A DNA stretch of 32,909 nt from a virus. Taxonomy: Duplodnaviria > Caudoviricetes. This document shows, piece after piece, positions 1 to 9,227 of the stretch. Numbering within the stretch: position 1 is the stretch's first letter; the number at the start of each line of letters is the position of its first letter. Below the pieces are notes generated by a model, which was not told the DNA's origin, made no database searches, and was given only the letters and a program-made list of their open reading frames with translations. The stretch covers positions 1-32,909 of the IMG/VR virus record IMGVR_UViG_3300048848_000262. One strand, written 5' to 3'. The position numbers and the translations under genes are program-made.

Positions 1-1464
1 GAATTTGAAGCCCTTCGTCCTGCAATAGCTCCACCACTCTTGCAGATTGCCGATATCGATCTGGCTGTCAGGAACAGGCCGCGCATTAGCAGGCCCCTGC
101 AGGACCAGCCGGAACAGATCCGGCGGCGACTGAGACGCACTGTTCGGCTGCCACGCAGCGCCATCGAATGCACTCACCAGCGACGTACATATCCCGTTGA
201 GTGTGTCGATCACGCCGTTCAGCTGACCGGTCGCCTTGATCCGGATGGCAGTCAGACAAAGCGGCTTGGGAAAGGAAATAGGCGGTGCCGACTTGATCGA
301 GCGAAGCGCAGTCCAGATGACCTTTTCCTTGACCTTGTCGCTATTGGAGTCGTCGGTGACCTTGCGGACGCGGATTTCGTATTGCCCCCGCGCCACAGGC
401 GACCGCGCGCCAAGGCGGGAAAGCTGCGTCGATCGGCCGAAAACGAGGGTTGCGAACGGATTGAACGGAATGGTCCCAACAGGTCGGTACTCAATATCGA
501 TGCGGACGGTGTACGCGTCGAACTCGCCCGTCTCCGCATTGATAACAAGAATTCCTTCAGGAGCTGCAAAGTCCAGCGATAGCTCATCGACTTCATCAGC
601 AGACGTTCGGTACTGCCAACTCTCAGGCGACTTTAACTCGACCGACAGAGCCTGCTCATCGACCGTGCCTGGGTAAAGCGAGATCGGCGCTTCCCACGAA
701 TATCCAACCCTTTGCTGAATCTCGACATCAGAGAACGACGAGATCGGGGTATCCCCGATCTGCATTTCCGTGACGTCCATCGGACCATAGCCCCAGCAGA
801 ACAGGAGCCTTAGATACTGATCGCTTCCGACCAATTCCGTGTACGGACGAGCCGCATAAAATGGCGACTGTCTGTGGCGTCCCAGCACAACAGGGATAGG
901 GCCGAAAGGCGCCGACTGGTTTTGCGCACCTTGGATCGAGTTAGGGGCGCTTCCCGCAGTTGCATCGGAGATCGCATCCGGCGGCCGCACGGGAAATAGC
1001 GCGTTGAGGGCCAAGGTACCAGCTAAGATGATACCCGCAGAAACAAGCGCCGTTGCTGTCGCGGCCGACACGCCAATGGCGCCAGCAACTCCCAGAGCAC
1101 CGGCTAACGGCCCGGCGAACACAAGCGCCGCAACGACGACGACAGCCGAAAGGACCGTCCGCCAAAGATTACTGTTCTGTAACCGGGGAATGAAGGTGAC
1201 AGTGGCGCCAGCCTTCAACCTAATGCGAGACCAGTATCGCTCTTCGATGACATGCCCGTCGACATGAACAACAAAATCGCGGCGGAGCACAGCACCGGGC
1301 TGAAAAGCCATTGCCTCGATTAGTATCTCAGTTATTGAGAGCCCAGCTTGAACGCGGCATTCGATACGTGACCCATTAAGTGGATGCGCTCTCCCGATCG
1401 CGCGGACAGATGTATCCGGCGCCAGAACTTCGCCGACCAGAGGTGCTTTGATGAGAGCGTTCAT
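1..1464 (-). CDS. Tail tip / host-specificity protein (lambda gpI-like N-terminus fused to gpJ-like region), 3' end outside the window
   Basis: Not in the ORF track; read manually. ATG at 1464 overlaps the NlpC stop (ATGA) and the frame stays open to base 1: MNALIKAPLVGEVL...IQGAQNQSAPFGPIPVVLGRHR...QYLRLLFCWGYGP...IRIKATGQLNG. Confidence 0.88.
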   Translation of the reverse strand, partial: MNALIKAPLVGEVLAPDTSVRAIGRAHPLNGSRIECRVQAGLSITEILIEAMAFQPGAVLRRDFVVHVDGHVIEERYWSRIRLKAGATVTFIPRLQNSNLWRTVLSAVVVVAALVFAGPLAGALGVAGAIGVSAATATALVSAGIILAGTLALNALFPVRPPDAISDATAGSAPNSIQGAQNQSAPFGPIPVVLGRHRQSPFYAARPYTELVGSDQYLRLLFCWGYGPMDVTEMQIGDTPISSFSDVEIQQRVGYSWEAPISLYPGTVDEQALSVELKSPESWQYRTSADEVDELSLDFAAPEGILVINAETGEFDAYTVRIDIEYRPVGTIPFNPFATLVFGRSTQLSRLGARSPVARGQYEIRVRKVTDDSNSDKVKEKVIWTALRSIKSAPPISFPKPLCLTAIRIKATGQLNGVIDTLNGICTSLVSAFDGAAWQPNSASQSPPDLFRLVLQGPANARPVPDSQIDIGNLQEWWSYCRTKGFKF

Positions 1465-1856
1465 TCATGGTCTCGATACCGATAGAAGCCCACGACCCGG
1501 TGCTTGAGCGGGCCCTCGCGATAGCGTTCAATCATGCTGGTCTCGCCGGCGGATACATGGAGCAGCCGGCCGGGCTCGGTGACGATGCCTACATGGCGCG
1601 GAAAGCGGCCCTCGCGCATCAACACGGCATCGAAGGCCTGCTCCTGGCCTGCGACAATCTCGTCCCAAGGATCGAGCTCGCCGGCAATAAGGGACGCCAG
1701 CGCTCTGCGGTCATCAGCGGTGACGTATTGATCGGAATAGGATGGAAGCTCGATGCCGCGCAGCTCGCGCATGGCGTAAGCCAGCAAGCCCCAGCAATCG
1801 TAGGCTGGACCCCTACCCTTGTCGGCATAGTCGAGGCCCACAAAGCGATCGAACAT
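1461..1856 (-). CDS. NlpC/P60-family tail assembly protein (gpK-like)
   Basis: GRGPAYDCWGL catalytic Cys motif, HVGIV and LLH; lies just upstream of the tail tip gene. Confidence 0.92.
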   Translation of the reverse strand: MFDRFVGLDYADKGRGPAYDCWGLLAYAMRELRGIELPSYSDQYVTADDRRALASLIAGELDPWDEIVAGQEQAFDAVLMREGRFPRHVGIVTEPGRLLHVSAGETSMIERYREGPLKHRVVGFYRYRDHE

Positions 1857-2359
1857 CAGATGAAAAGGCCCGGAAAGTAAGCGGGGCTAAATGATCCGCT
1901 CGGGAACGGCTCCGTCACCAGCGCATCCATCGTCAGATCGAACTGCAGAGCAGCTGCGTCATAGGTCAGGTTGGACATATCGAGCGCGGGCCAGTTCATC
2001 TCGACAGCGTCGGGATCGGAGGCCAGTACCGCCTCAATCTTGACCGATGGCGGCGAATTCACAGACCGGGCCAAAGGCACCAGGTCGCGGGTGACATTCG
2101 CAATGGTCAACTTCGACGCTGGCGCCGACTTATCCTGCTCATCTGGGATCGTGACATCGATGCCAGCATATAGATAGGTGACGCCGCGGCTGATTGTGCC
2201 GTATCGCAGCGGATCCGTGCCCAGCCGCTCGGTCGCATCCGTCGTCAGATAAATCGGCTCTGCCAGATCCGGGTGAGTAATCGTCAGCAGGAATATCGGC
2301 ACTTCGCCGGACTCTTGGCCGAAGATCGCCTCGCGAAAGTTGAGCGACAGCACCCTCAC
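1856..2359 (-). CDS. Minor tail protein, DUF1833-like (gpL position)
   Basis: GTG start at 2359 overlaps the upstream TGA. LLTITHPDL..P motif and C-terminal EPFPSGSFSPAYFPGLF; tail-tip synteny. Confidence 0.8.
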   Translation of the reverse strand: MRVLSLNFREAIFGQESGEVPIFLLTITHPDLAEPIYLTTDATERLGTDPLRYGTISRGVTYLYAGIDVTIPDEQDKSAPASKLTIANVTRDLVPLARSVNSPPSVKIEAVLASDPDAVEMNWPALDMSNLTYDAAALQFDLTMDALVTEPFPSGSFSPAYFPGLFI

Positions 2360-2715
2360 GGCAATACCTCGAATGAAATTCCGGAGGTAAAGACGCCGCC
2401 GGCGACCTGCTGCCACGCGGGCGGATTTCCTTTCGGAAACCGCACCAACAGCGTCCCGTCGATCACCGTCGGGTCCGGGAAAGTGAACGGCAACGAACCG
2501 CCGATCAGCGTCGCCTTGTAGAAGTTCCGCAGGATGGCGACTTGTGCGCGCGTCAGCCTCATCTGCCCCGATAGCGGGCGAACCGCCGCCGACGACCTCA
2601 GCCGCACGATCGACGGCCCTGCATCAGGCTTGTATTCGAGAACGCCATCACCCTCACCCTCGGAAAACCCGACATTAAAGCACTGCGGCAGTTCGGCTGG
2701 CCATGCATCAACCAT
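2356..2715 (-). CDS. Distal tail protein (gpM position)
   Basis: WPAELP...GPSIVRLR...FYKATLIGGSLPFTFPDP; immediately downstream of the tape measure gene. Confidence 0.78.
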   Translation of the reverse strand: MVDAWPAELPQCFNVGFSEGEGDGVLEYKPDAGPSIVRLRSSAAVRPLSGQMRLTRAQVAILRNFYKATLIGGSLPFTFPDPTVIDGTLLVRFPKGNPPAWQQVAGGVFTSGISFEVLP

Positions 2716-2718
2716 GGA

Positions 2719-4899
2719 TCACCTCGACGCCAGACGGCCGCGCTGGGCTAGCACCTGGCTGGTAGCGCTACCCGGGTTTGCTGCATTCTTTGCGGTGATG
2801 GAGTCGACAAACACGGTCAGATCGAAGCCCCCGGAATCGTTGTCGCGCTTCTGCGTCTGCCCGGCTCGGCTGGAGTCCTCGATCATGTTGACGACGACCT
2901 TTCCAGACCTGGACTTCTGGCCAGAGAAACCGGTCGGGAGATGAATGCCGACAGGCCCGCCATCGGCGTAGCCGCGGTGCAGCTTAGCGAGATTGCGTAG
3001 GCCGAGCCGGTTGACCGATTTCTGATCGAACACATATTCGCCCTTATGGACGACGCCCGCCGGATCATTCTTCCCGCCCGCCCCGGTATAGCCGCCGTCG
3101 GCATACAGGCCGCCAAGACCGCCCGTGAACCCTCCCCCGGTAGCCGCGCCACCACCACCAAGAACGCCACCTAGAGCGCCAGCGATAGGACCCGTGATAG
3201 CCTGTCGAATGGCGATACGCGCCAGATCCGCGATAATGGCATTGGCCATATTCTTGAAGGCATCCTGAACCGAGCTTGCTCCGGTGACGATGTCAGCCAG
3301 TGCGTCCTCGACATTCCGCAGCCCACCAACGGCGGCCTGCTGCGTAATGGCATCTGTGTCTCGCGCCGACCTAGCGAATGCATTCAGCGGGGAATTCGCT
3401 TTCGCCGCCGCTTCCGCAGCTTTGAGATACGCATCGGCCAACTCGGTGATCTTCGCGCGTTGCGCCTCAGTAACGTCGGTATTTTTCAGGCCGGCGGCTT
3501 CATTGGCGCGCTTGGCTGCGGTCTCGAGTTCGGTCTGTACGCGGGCGCGCTGTTGCGCTGCTGCGCCGAGATCGATCGCCGCAGTCTCCGCGTTCAGGAC
3601 AGCGGTTCGCTTCTCGACCTGATTGGTGGCCCGCTCGAAAACGTCGACCGAGTCGTCATTTTCCTTTTTCTTTTTCTCGGCAGGATAATCGGAGGCCTTG
3701 ATCTTCTTGGCGGTGAACGGCTCAAATGCTTGGTCAAAGCGGTTTGGTCCGTCGGGCTTGCCGGCGTTCTTCAGCTTGTTGATGCCCTCTTGGCGGAGAG
3801 CTTCGGCGTCCTTCATCTCCTTGGCGAGCTTCTGCACGCCGTCGATGCGGGTCTGGACTGAACGATCCTCTACCGTCCCAAACAGGAGCTTTTCAGCGCC
3901 AGGCTCAAGGAACTTGACGAGATTGCGCCAGGACGGGTTCTTCCACAGATCGTCAGCAGCGGTGCCAAGCGATGCGACGCCCTTGCCGACATCCGAATTG
4001 CCGACGAACTCGGCCAGCATCTTATAGGCGACCACCAGGCGATCGACTGCAAGCGCGAGATTGTTCACACCGTTGACGGCGTCGCCTGAGATCTTCGAAA
4101 CTTGGTCCACTTCCCGAGCGGCATTGATCGCCGCGTTCTTAAGATTGGTGAACGCCTGCGAGATGGTCATTTCCATCGACGCGGCCTTGCTTCGCAGACC
4201 ATCGGCGCCGGCCTGGAAGCCAAGGAAGAACGCCTTTGACGAAATCTCGCCGTCGTTCACCATCTTGCGAAGCTTGGCGACCGAACCTCCAGCCTCCTCG
4301 ATGCCGTTCGCGGCCGCCTGCACGATCGAAGGCGCGCCTTCGAGGATCGAATTGAACTCTTCCGCGCGGACCGTGCCGGCACCAAGCGCTTGCGACAGCT
4401 GCAGCAGCGCGCCGCTGGATTCTGCGGCGGTCTTGCCGGATACGCGCAGCGCAAGCGCGACATTGTCCGAAAACTTCGCCAGCTCGAGGCTACCGACGCC
4501 GAGCTCTTTCTGCGAAAGCGAGACCTTGCCGTAAAGATCAGCCAGCGCCACCAGCGGCGCGCCGTTCTTCTGAGCCGACTGGTACAGCTTCTCATAGACC
4601 GCGTTCAGCTCGTTGCCGGACAGGCCGGCGACCTTGAGCGCGTTGTCAATCTTGGTGGCAGAGTCGAGGAATTCCTTAGCGGCGCCGGCCGACAGCACGC
4701 CGCCGGCGATCTTTCCTGCAGTACCGAGCGACGAGCCGAAGTCAAAGGACTTGCTGACGTTCTGGTTCATCTTGGCGAACCGCTTCTCAATGCCATTGGC
4801 TTGAGTGTTGGTCTGCGCCAAAGCCTTCGCCAGCGACTTTTCGAACTTCGCGATATTTGCTTCCAGCGAGATTGTCAGTCGTTCAAGATCGGTAGCGAT
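2719..4899 (-). CDS. Tail tape measure protein; probable start at ATC 4899 (ORF track starts at TTG 4821)
   Basis: ALLQLSQALGAGTVRAEEFNSILE tape-measure motif and C-terminal GGYTG.GGK.DPAGVVHKGEYV. The frame is open upstream to ATC-GCT-ACC-GAT-CTT-GAA-CGA, which follows AGGAGG. Confidence 0.93.
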   Translation of the reverse strand: MATDLERLTISLEANIAKFEKSLAKALAQTNTQANGIEKRFAKMNQNVSKSFDFGSSLGTAGKIAGGVLSAGAAKEFLDSATKIDNALKVAGLSGNELNAVYEKLYQSAQKNGAPLVALADLYGKVSLSQKELGVGSLELAKFSDNVALALRVSGKTAAESSGALLQLSQALGAGTVRAEEFNSILEGAPSIVQAAANGIEEAGGSVAKLRKMVNDGEISSKAFFLGFQAGADGLRSKAASMEMTISQAFTNLKNAAINAAREVDQVSKISGDAVNGVNNLALAVDRLVVAYKMLAEFVGNSDVGKGVASLGTAADDLWKNPSWRNLVKFLEPGAEKLLFGTVEDRSVQTRIDGVQKLAKEMKDAEALRQEGINKLKNAGKPDGPNRFDQAFEPFTAKKIKASDYPAEKKKKENDDSVDVFERATNQVEKRTAVLNAETAAIDLGAAAQQRARVQTELETAAKRANEAAGLKNTDVTEAQRAKITELADAYLKAAEAAAKANSPLNAFARSARDTDAITQQAAVGGLRNVEDALADIVTGASSVQDAFKNMANAIIADLARIAIRQAITGPIAGALGGVLGGGGAATGGGFTGGLGGLYADGGYTGAGGKNDPAGVVHKGEYVFDQKSVNRLGLRNLAKLHRGYADGGPVGIHLPTGFSGQKSRSGKVVVNMIEDSSRAGQTQKRDNDSGGFDLTVFVDSITAKNAANPGSATSQVLAQRGRLASR

Positions 4900-4908
4900 G
4901 ACAACCTC

Positions 4909-5132
4909 CTATTGCTTGGACTGCAACCAATCCCAAATTTCATCAGTTTCCGCCGCGCTCAGCCCGTCGCCTTCGACCTGGCCGGATAGCACCGCGAAGT
5001 ATTCCCAGATCGACATCGCCTTCACGTCCTGCGGGCTCAATCCGAGCTTGCCGCCGGTCGCCAGAATTGCTCCGAATCTCAGCTTCCCGTTGGGGAGGCC
5101 GTCGACTCGCTGTCCGGATTCGGAGCTTCTTA
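4909..5132 (-). CDS. Tail assembly chaperone gpT portion (read as gpGT after -1 frameshift)
   Basis: Is the -1 frame of the upstream gene from the A8 run: IRSSESGQ...GLSPQDVKAMSIWEYFA...EIWDWLQSKQ; no SD/ATG of its own. Confidence 0.82.
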
Positions 5133-5141
5133 TTTTTTTTC
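5130..5141 (-). other. Programmed -1 ribosomal frameshift site (G AAAAAAAA TAA)
   Basis: A AAA AAA slippery heptamer immediately before the gpG stop, with the -1 frame open to 4909; canonical G/GT location. Confidence 0.85.
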
Positions 5142-5462
5142 GAGTTCTTCCTCCGGCGCACCGAAGCAAGCAGCTGACATGATCACTTGAGCCGTCAGGC
5201 GGTTCTCAGCCGGCGGCCGGCCCTCGACGTAAAGCCGCACCAGCTTGGTAGCTTCCACCGGTGTCTTGCCGCCGCCGACCAGACCCCAGCGGATGACTTC
5301 GCTGATGTCTTCAAGTCGGCACCGGCCGTCGTTCAGCCGATCGAGAATGACGAAGGGGCCGGCGTCAGCGGCCTCCTGGAGCTTCGCAAGCTCACCCCAT
5401 CGAAGGGCGAAGGTGTAGTCCCCATCGCCCCACTGCAGCGTTACCGATGCGTCTCGGCTCAC
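5130..5462 (-). CDS. Tail assembly chaperone gpG
   Basis: GTG start at 5462 overlaps the tail tube stop. Sits between tail tube and tape measure genes and ends GAA AAA AAA TAA. Confidence 0.85.
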   Translation of the reverse strand: MSRDASVTLQWGDGDYTFALRWGELAKLQEAADAGPFVILDRLNDGRCRLEDISEVIRWGLVGGGKTPVEATKLVRLYVEGRPPAENRLTAQVIMSAACFGAPEEELEKK

Positions 5463-5896
5463 GTAACGACCCGCACCAGTTCGCCATCGCTCTGGAGCTC
5501 GACGTTGGCGGTGGCGCGGCCGCCCTGCTCGGCGCCGGCCGTGAAGGTGGCGACATGCATGTAACCGGTCCATGTCACGGTCTTGGCCGGAAACTCGACC
5601 TCGATCTTCACCGGAACGCTTTCCACATTTTCCCAGGCATCAAGCCAGGTTTCGATCGACTGCGAAGCCATGACGCCTTCGCCGGAAACGGAGGCCGACA
5701 GGCTCGAAGCATCGCGGCCAACCCAGGCAACGGCGTCCGGATCGTCACAGTCCGGGAGATTGACGTCGGTCAGATCCTTGGTGAGGGTCAGCGACTTCGA
5801 TGTGAAGCCACAGGGCGCGGTGTAGACGATGGGGCTGGCGCCATCGCCGATCAGAACGCGAAATTTCCCGAAACGGGCAGTTACTGGCGCGACCAT
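5459..5896 (-). CDS. Major tail (tube) protein
   Basis: APCGFTSKSLT...PDCDDPDA..W...SVSGEGV...SDGEL; SD CAGGAGG; follows the tail terminator. Confidence 0.9.
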   Translation of the reverse strand: MVAPVTARFGKFRVLIGDGASPIVYTAPCGFTSKSLTLTKDLTDVNLPDCDDPDAVAWVGRDASSLSASVSGEGVMASQSIETWLDAWENVESVPVKIEVEFPAKTVTWTGYMHVATFTAGAEQGGRATANVELQSDGELVRVVT

Positions 5897-5914
5897 ATTG
5901 GCCTCCTGGTTGGA

Positions 5915-6319
5915 CTAGGGTTGCTCGACGAAAGCGACGAACTCAATCGCCGCATGGTTGGTGACACCGTCGTTGTCGCGCAGATTGCGCGTCTGGCGGT
6001 GTTCGATCGACAGCAGAGCGTTGTCCGTCAGCGGTAGGTCGAAGCCGTGGAGCGCAGCACGCACCGCCTCGGCGACACGCTTCACTTCCGGCAGACCTTT
6101 GGCCGTCGACCACGCGTCGATCTGAATGGTGACCTCGTAGCCGGTGATGCAGTCGGCGTCGTCGGAAACGACCTGGTCCGGCCCGAGTGAGACGTATGGC
6201 GTGACGGCCGTTGCTGGCACGTCGTCATAGATCCTCTGCGCTACCAGCGCCGTGAGAGGCGCGTAGGCTTTGAGCCGCGCAACGATGGCACCTTGGAGCT
6301 CGAGACTGGCGCTTGTCAC
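5915..6319 (-). CDS. Tail completion/terminator protein (DUF3168-like)
   Basis: ELQGAIVARLK...RIYDDVP...PYVSLG...IDAWS...VKRVAEAVRAAL. Confidence 0.88.
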   Translation of the reverse strand: MTSASLELQGAIVARLKAYAPLTALVAQRIYDDVPATAVTPYVSLGPDQVVSDDADCITGYEVTIQIDAWSTAKGLPEVKRVAEAVRAALHGFDLPLTDNALLSIEHRQTRNLRDNDGVTNHAAIEFVAFVEQP

Positions 6320-6777
6320 TTACCGGCCACCTTCTTTGCTGCCTTGGTGGTCGCGCGGGTGATGCGCGATTTCACGCGCTTTCGGAGCGCGCGGTACGGG
6401 CCGTAGAAAAAACCCTGCGCGCGCGTACCCGGGTGAAGCGACCCCGCGAACTTGCCGCCGTTGACGTGCGGCCGCGTCCCGAATTCCACCAGATGCGCGT
6501 AGCGAACCTTGCTGTTGCCGGCGGATATCCGAACAGTCAGGTCCGGGTCGCCGACGCCGGCCGCCGCATTCAGCGACGAATACTTCACCCGGCCTGCGCC
6601 CCAGGTTTGAACGATGCTGTTGCGGAGATCACCGTCTTTCACCGGCACCAGCCGCTTCTGCATGTCGGTGATTTCGTCAGCGCCTTCAGCCAGAGCTTGT
6701 TTGATCGCCGACCGGACCTCCGCTGGTAGGGCTTTCATCTTTGCCAGCAGCCGCGCGCGGCCTTCGATCTTTGACAT
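6316..6777 (-). CDS. HK97 gp10-family neck protein
   Basis: VPVKDGDLRNSI and YAHLVEFGT...AQGFFYGPY motifs. Confidence 0.88.
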   Translation of the reverse strand: MSKIEGRARLLAKMKALPAEVRSAIKQALAEGADEITDMQKRLVPVKDGDLRNSIVQTWGAGRVKYSSLNAAAGVGDPDLTVRISAGNSKVRYAHLVEFGTRPHVNGGKFAGSLHPGTRAQGFFYGPYRALRKRVKSRITRATTKAAKKVAGK

Positions 6778-6919
6778 GAATGCCTCCGGCTTTCGCCTTG
6801 ACGATCGCGGCGACCGCAGCTTCCGGCACGCGCTGATAGGTTTGCCCAGCGAGGTACGCGATGATGACGCCAGACCGCGGCCGATAGTCGAAGTCGGCTG
6901 TCATGGTTACGGTCTTCAC
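6686..6919 (-). CDS. Small hypothetical neck-region protein
   Basis: GTG start overlaps the upstream stop (GTGA) and fills the gap between head-closure and gp10 genes; its 3' end overlaps gp10. Confidence 0.65.
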   Translation of the reverse strand: MKTVTMTADFDYRPRSGVIIAYLAGQTYQRVPEAAVAAIVKAKAGGIHVKDRRPRAAAGKDESPTSGGPVGDQTSSG

Positions 6920-7257
6920 GCAGCAGCCCCGGTCTGGCAGAGCAGCTCAAGCCAAGCGCCGCCATCATCCAGATCGATGATCGATTTGATGGCGTATTCG
7001 ATGCCCTCGGACTGGTCCCGCGCTCTCCAGTCCTCACGGATGAGGCGGGTCTGACTGCTTGCGCGCACGGTGATGTTGACCGTGTTCTGGGACTGCAGGC
7101 GCGCAGCGGTAACGGCCTCGCCGCCCAGTTTGGCTTTGACCTCAGCCCACACCGTGAATTGCACAGCCCAGCCGGCCTGTGTGTTGCCATAGCCGTCATC
7201 CACATCAGCCCGCTTTTCGAAGGTGATGCGGTGACGCAACTTCCCGCCGACCGTCAC
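6916..7257 (-). CDS. Head closure / head-tail adaptor (SPP1 gp16-like)
   Basis: GKLRHRITFEK...DDGYGN...W...TVWAEV...GGEAV.AARL. Confidence 0.9.
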   Translation of the reverse strand: MTVGGKLRHRITFEKRADVDDGYGNTQAGWAVQFTVWAEVKAKLGGEAVTAARLQSQNTVNITVRASSQTRLIREDWRARDQSEGIEYAIKSIIDLDDGGAWLELLCQTGAAA

Positions 7258-7871
7258 TGCACCACCTCATAGGCGAGCCAAGTCCCGGTGACATGCACTA
7301 TCTCGGCGCCCTCCTCAGCAAGGTCATCCAGAACCCGAGAGACATCGACGACTTCGAGCCCGTTGTCGTCGTGGTAGACGATCAGGCCGCCGGGCCGAAC
7401 GATCGCATGGGCCAACCTCCGATCATTCAGGACGGCCGAGCGGCTATGGTCAGCATCGACGAACACCACGTCGCAGGCCGGTAGATCTTCCGCGGCAAGA
7501 TCGAACGTGCCGCGGTTGCGCAGCAAAAGCTCGAAACGCGCATCGCCAATAGCCAGCTCACCGGGCACCACCGGCACCTCTTTCGCTTGCACCTTGCATG
7601 CGAAGCTGTAGCCAGCCGGAACATCGACTCCAACATAGCGCTCGACGCTTGCGACATTGCGCAAAACAGCAGCAGCCGTGCGGCCATTATTGCAACCGAA
7701 CTCCACGACCGTCCGCGCATCCACGCTGCGGATGAGATGGATCAGGATGTCCAACTCGCCAGGATGGACGTAACGGCTAGGCAGCCCGCTCAGATCGGCT
7801 TTCGGCGCGTCGATGGTGACGCTCGATCGCTTCGCTGGCGAATACTGCAAGGCGGGATTTGGCTTGCTCAA
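7254..7871 (-). CDS. Class I SAM-dependent (O-)methyltransferase, Methyltransf_24-like
   Basis: VVEFGCNNGRT (motif I), YVGVD, DVVFVDADHS...D, VRPGGLIVYHD. The exact start is uncertain (TTG; overlaps the upstream gene). Confidence 0.85.
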   Translation of the reverse strand: MSKPNPALQYSPAKRSSVTIDAPKADLSGLPSRYVHPGELDILIHLIRSVDARTVVEFGCNNGRTAAAVLRNVASVERYVGVDVPAGYSFACKVQAKEVPVVPGELAIGDARFELLLRNRGTFDLAAEDLPACDVVFVDADHSRSAVLNDRRLAHAIVRPGGLIVYHDDNGLEVVDVSRVLDDLAEEGAEIVHVTGTWLAYEVVQ

Positions 7872-8733
7872 GATCGATACTCTTTTCGCATGCGTGGCGA
7901 TGGCTGAAGCATTCGCACGAGTTGATCGGGTCGATGCCCAGCACAGGCGCCGACTTGGCGCCCTCGAAGAAAAAGGCGCTGCGCTCGTATCCGCCGAACG
8001 TCATCGCCACCGGCGTACCGACGGCTTGGGAAAGGACACCAGCAAACCCCGGGGAGCAGAACACCATGGCGGCCAATGACGTCAGTGCAGCGAGCGTCTC
8101 GAATTCGAGTTCGCCGGCGTGGCACTCCGCATCGACCTCGACGCGCTCGCCGACGATCCATTCCTTGCCCGGCACGAGATCCGCGACCGACACCACAAAG
8201 AACCGATCTCGGATCGACCGGAACAGCTCCGCATAGGCGGCGGGGTCTGGATTGCGCGCTGCGCAGCCGCCCCAATCCGCAGGTCGATCGACCAACGGCC
8301 GATGAAGCATGATCGGTCGATCCGTATTCCACCGCTCAATCCATGTCGCGGCTTTGGCGCGCCACGCCATCGGAATCGGAAGTTGAAAGTCTGCAGTCTC
8401 AATATCGGTCGCGGTCACGGCGCACATGGCAGCCATCACCGAGCCGTGGCGCCGAACCATCTCCGGCGGATAATTGACGGCCATAGACCGCGTGCCAGAT
8501 GGTGGCCGAGACCTCACGAATGAACCACTCTCGCGCGCCGCGTTCTTCGCTTGCGTGCGGAGACGCGTCGGCTTGTGGATGACCTTCAACCCTTCGGCGA
8601 TCAGATCGTGATAAACAGAGACCCAGCTGCTCTCGATCCAGACATCGTGCGACGCCATCAACTGGCGGACGATGGCACGCTGGCGGATGTTGTCTCCGAG
8701 TCCAAACATCCCCCGAATAAGCAACGGCGTCAT
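7777..8733 (-). CDS. Putative GT-B glycosyltransferase (GT9/heptosyltransferase-like)
   Basis: N-terminal GLGDNI motif and C-terminal LEFETLAALTSLAAMVFCSPGF...AVGTPVAMTFG, resembling GT9 (L.EL.ALI..A..V...DSG..H.A.A.GTP.V.LFG), plus a Cys-rich tail. Confidence 0.75.
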   Translation of the reverse strand: MTPLLIRGMFGLGDNIRQRAIVRQLMASHDVWIESSWVSVYHDLIAEGLKVIHKPTRLRTQAKNAARESGSFVRSRPPSGTRSMAVNYPPEMVRRHGSVMAAMCAVTATDIETADFQLPIPMAWRAKAATWIERWNTDRPIMLHRPLVDRPADWGGCAARNPDPAAYAELFRSIRDRFFVVSVADLVPGKEWIVGERVEVDAECHAGELEFETLAALTSLAAMVFCSPGFAGVLSQAVGTPVAMTFGGYERSAFFFEGAKSAPVLGIDPINSCECFSHRHACEKSIDLEQAKSRLAVFASEAIERHHRRAESRSERAA

Positions 8734-9227
8734 GCGGCCCTCGCATATTCACCATGCATCTCTTCGATCGCAGCGCAGTAGGCTGCATGCGCATCCTCAG
8801 GCCGATCAAAGTAGCCGAGAAACCGACTTTCCCCCCGCGCCTTTGCAATGGCCCGAAAACGTTTAGCGTGCTTGTTATAGTGAACGCCCTTGAAACCCGT
8901 CGAGTTTACTCGCTGGCGCCTAACGTTGCAGCGGTTCTGGGATTGATCGGCAAGTCTCAGATTTCGAACGGCGTTATTGGTCTTGATGCAGTCGATATGA
9001 TCGACGCAGCCGTCTGGCCATGAGCCGTATTCGACCAACCACGCAAGACGATGCGCCAAGTATCGCGCCCCGGCGATGCCGATAGCGATATATCCATCAG
9101 AGTCGGGGCTACCGGCGACCGAACCGGCTTTGGCGCTACCCCGTCCGCTTATCCAAGTGAATTCGCCGGTCTCCCGATTGTAATGCAGAATACCAGCGAC
9201 AAACTCAGCCGTCAGAGCGGGCTTCAT
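8730..9227 (-). CDS. Free-standing HNH homing endonuclease with C-terminal AP2 domain
   Basis: ATG at 9227. LHYNRETGEFTW, AHRLAW, VDHIDCIKTNNAVRNLR, NSTGFKGVH...LGYFDRPEDAHAAY. Confidence 0.92.
   Translation of the reverse strand: MKPALTAEFVAGILHYNRETGEFTWISGRGSAKAGSVAGSPDSDGYIAIGIAGARYLAHRLAWLVEYGSWPDGCVDHIDCIKTNNAVRNLRLADQSQNRCNVRRQRVNSTGFKGVHYNKHAKRFRAIAKARGESRFLGYFDRPEDAHAAYCAAIEEMHGEYARAA

Noticed and set aside
40-1267. ORF-track calls in the first 1.3 kb
   Set aside because: All overlap the real minus-strand tail-tip gene, which the track missed because it runs off the window.
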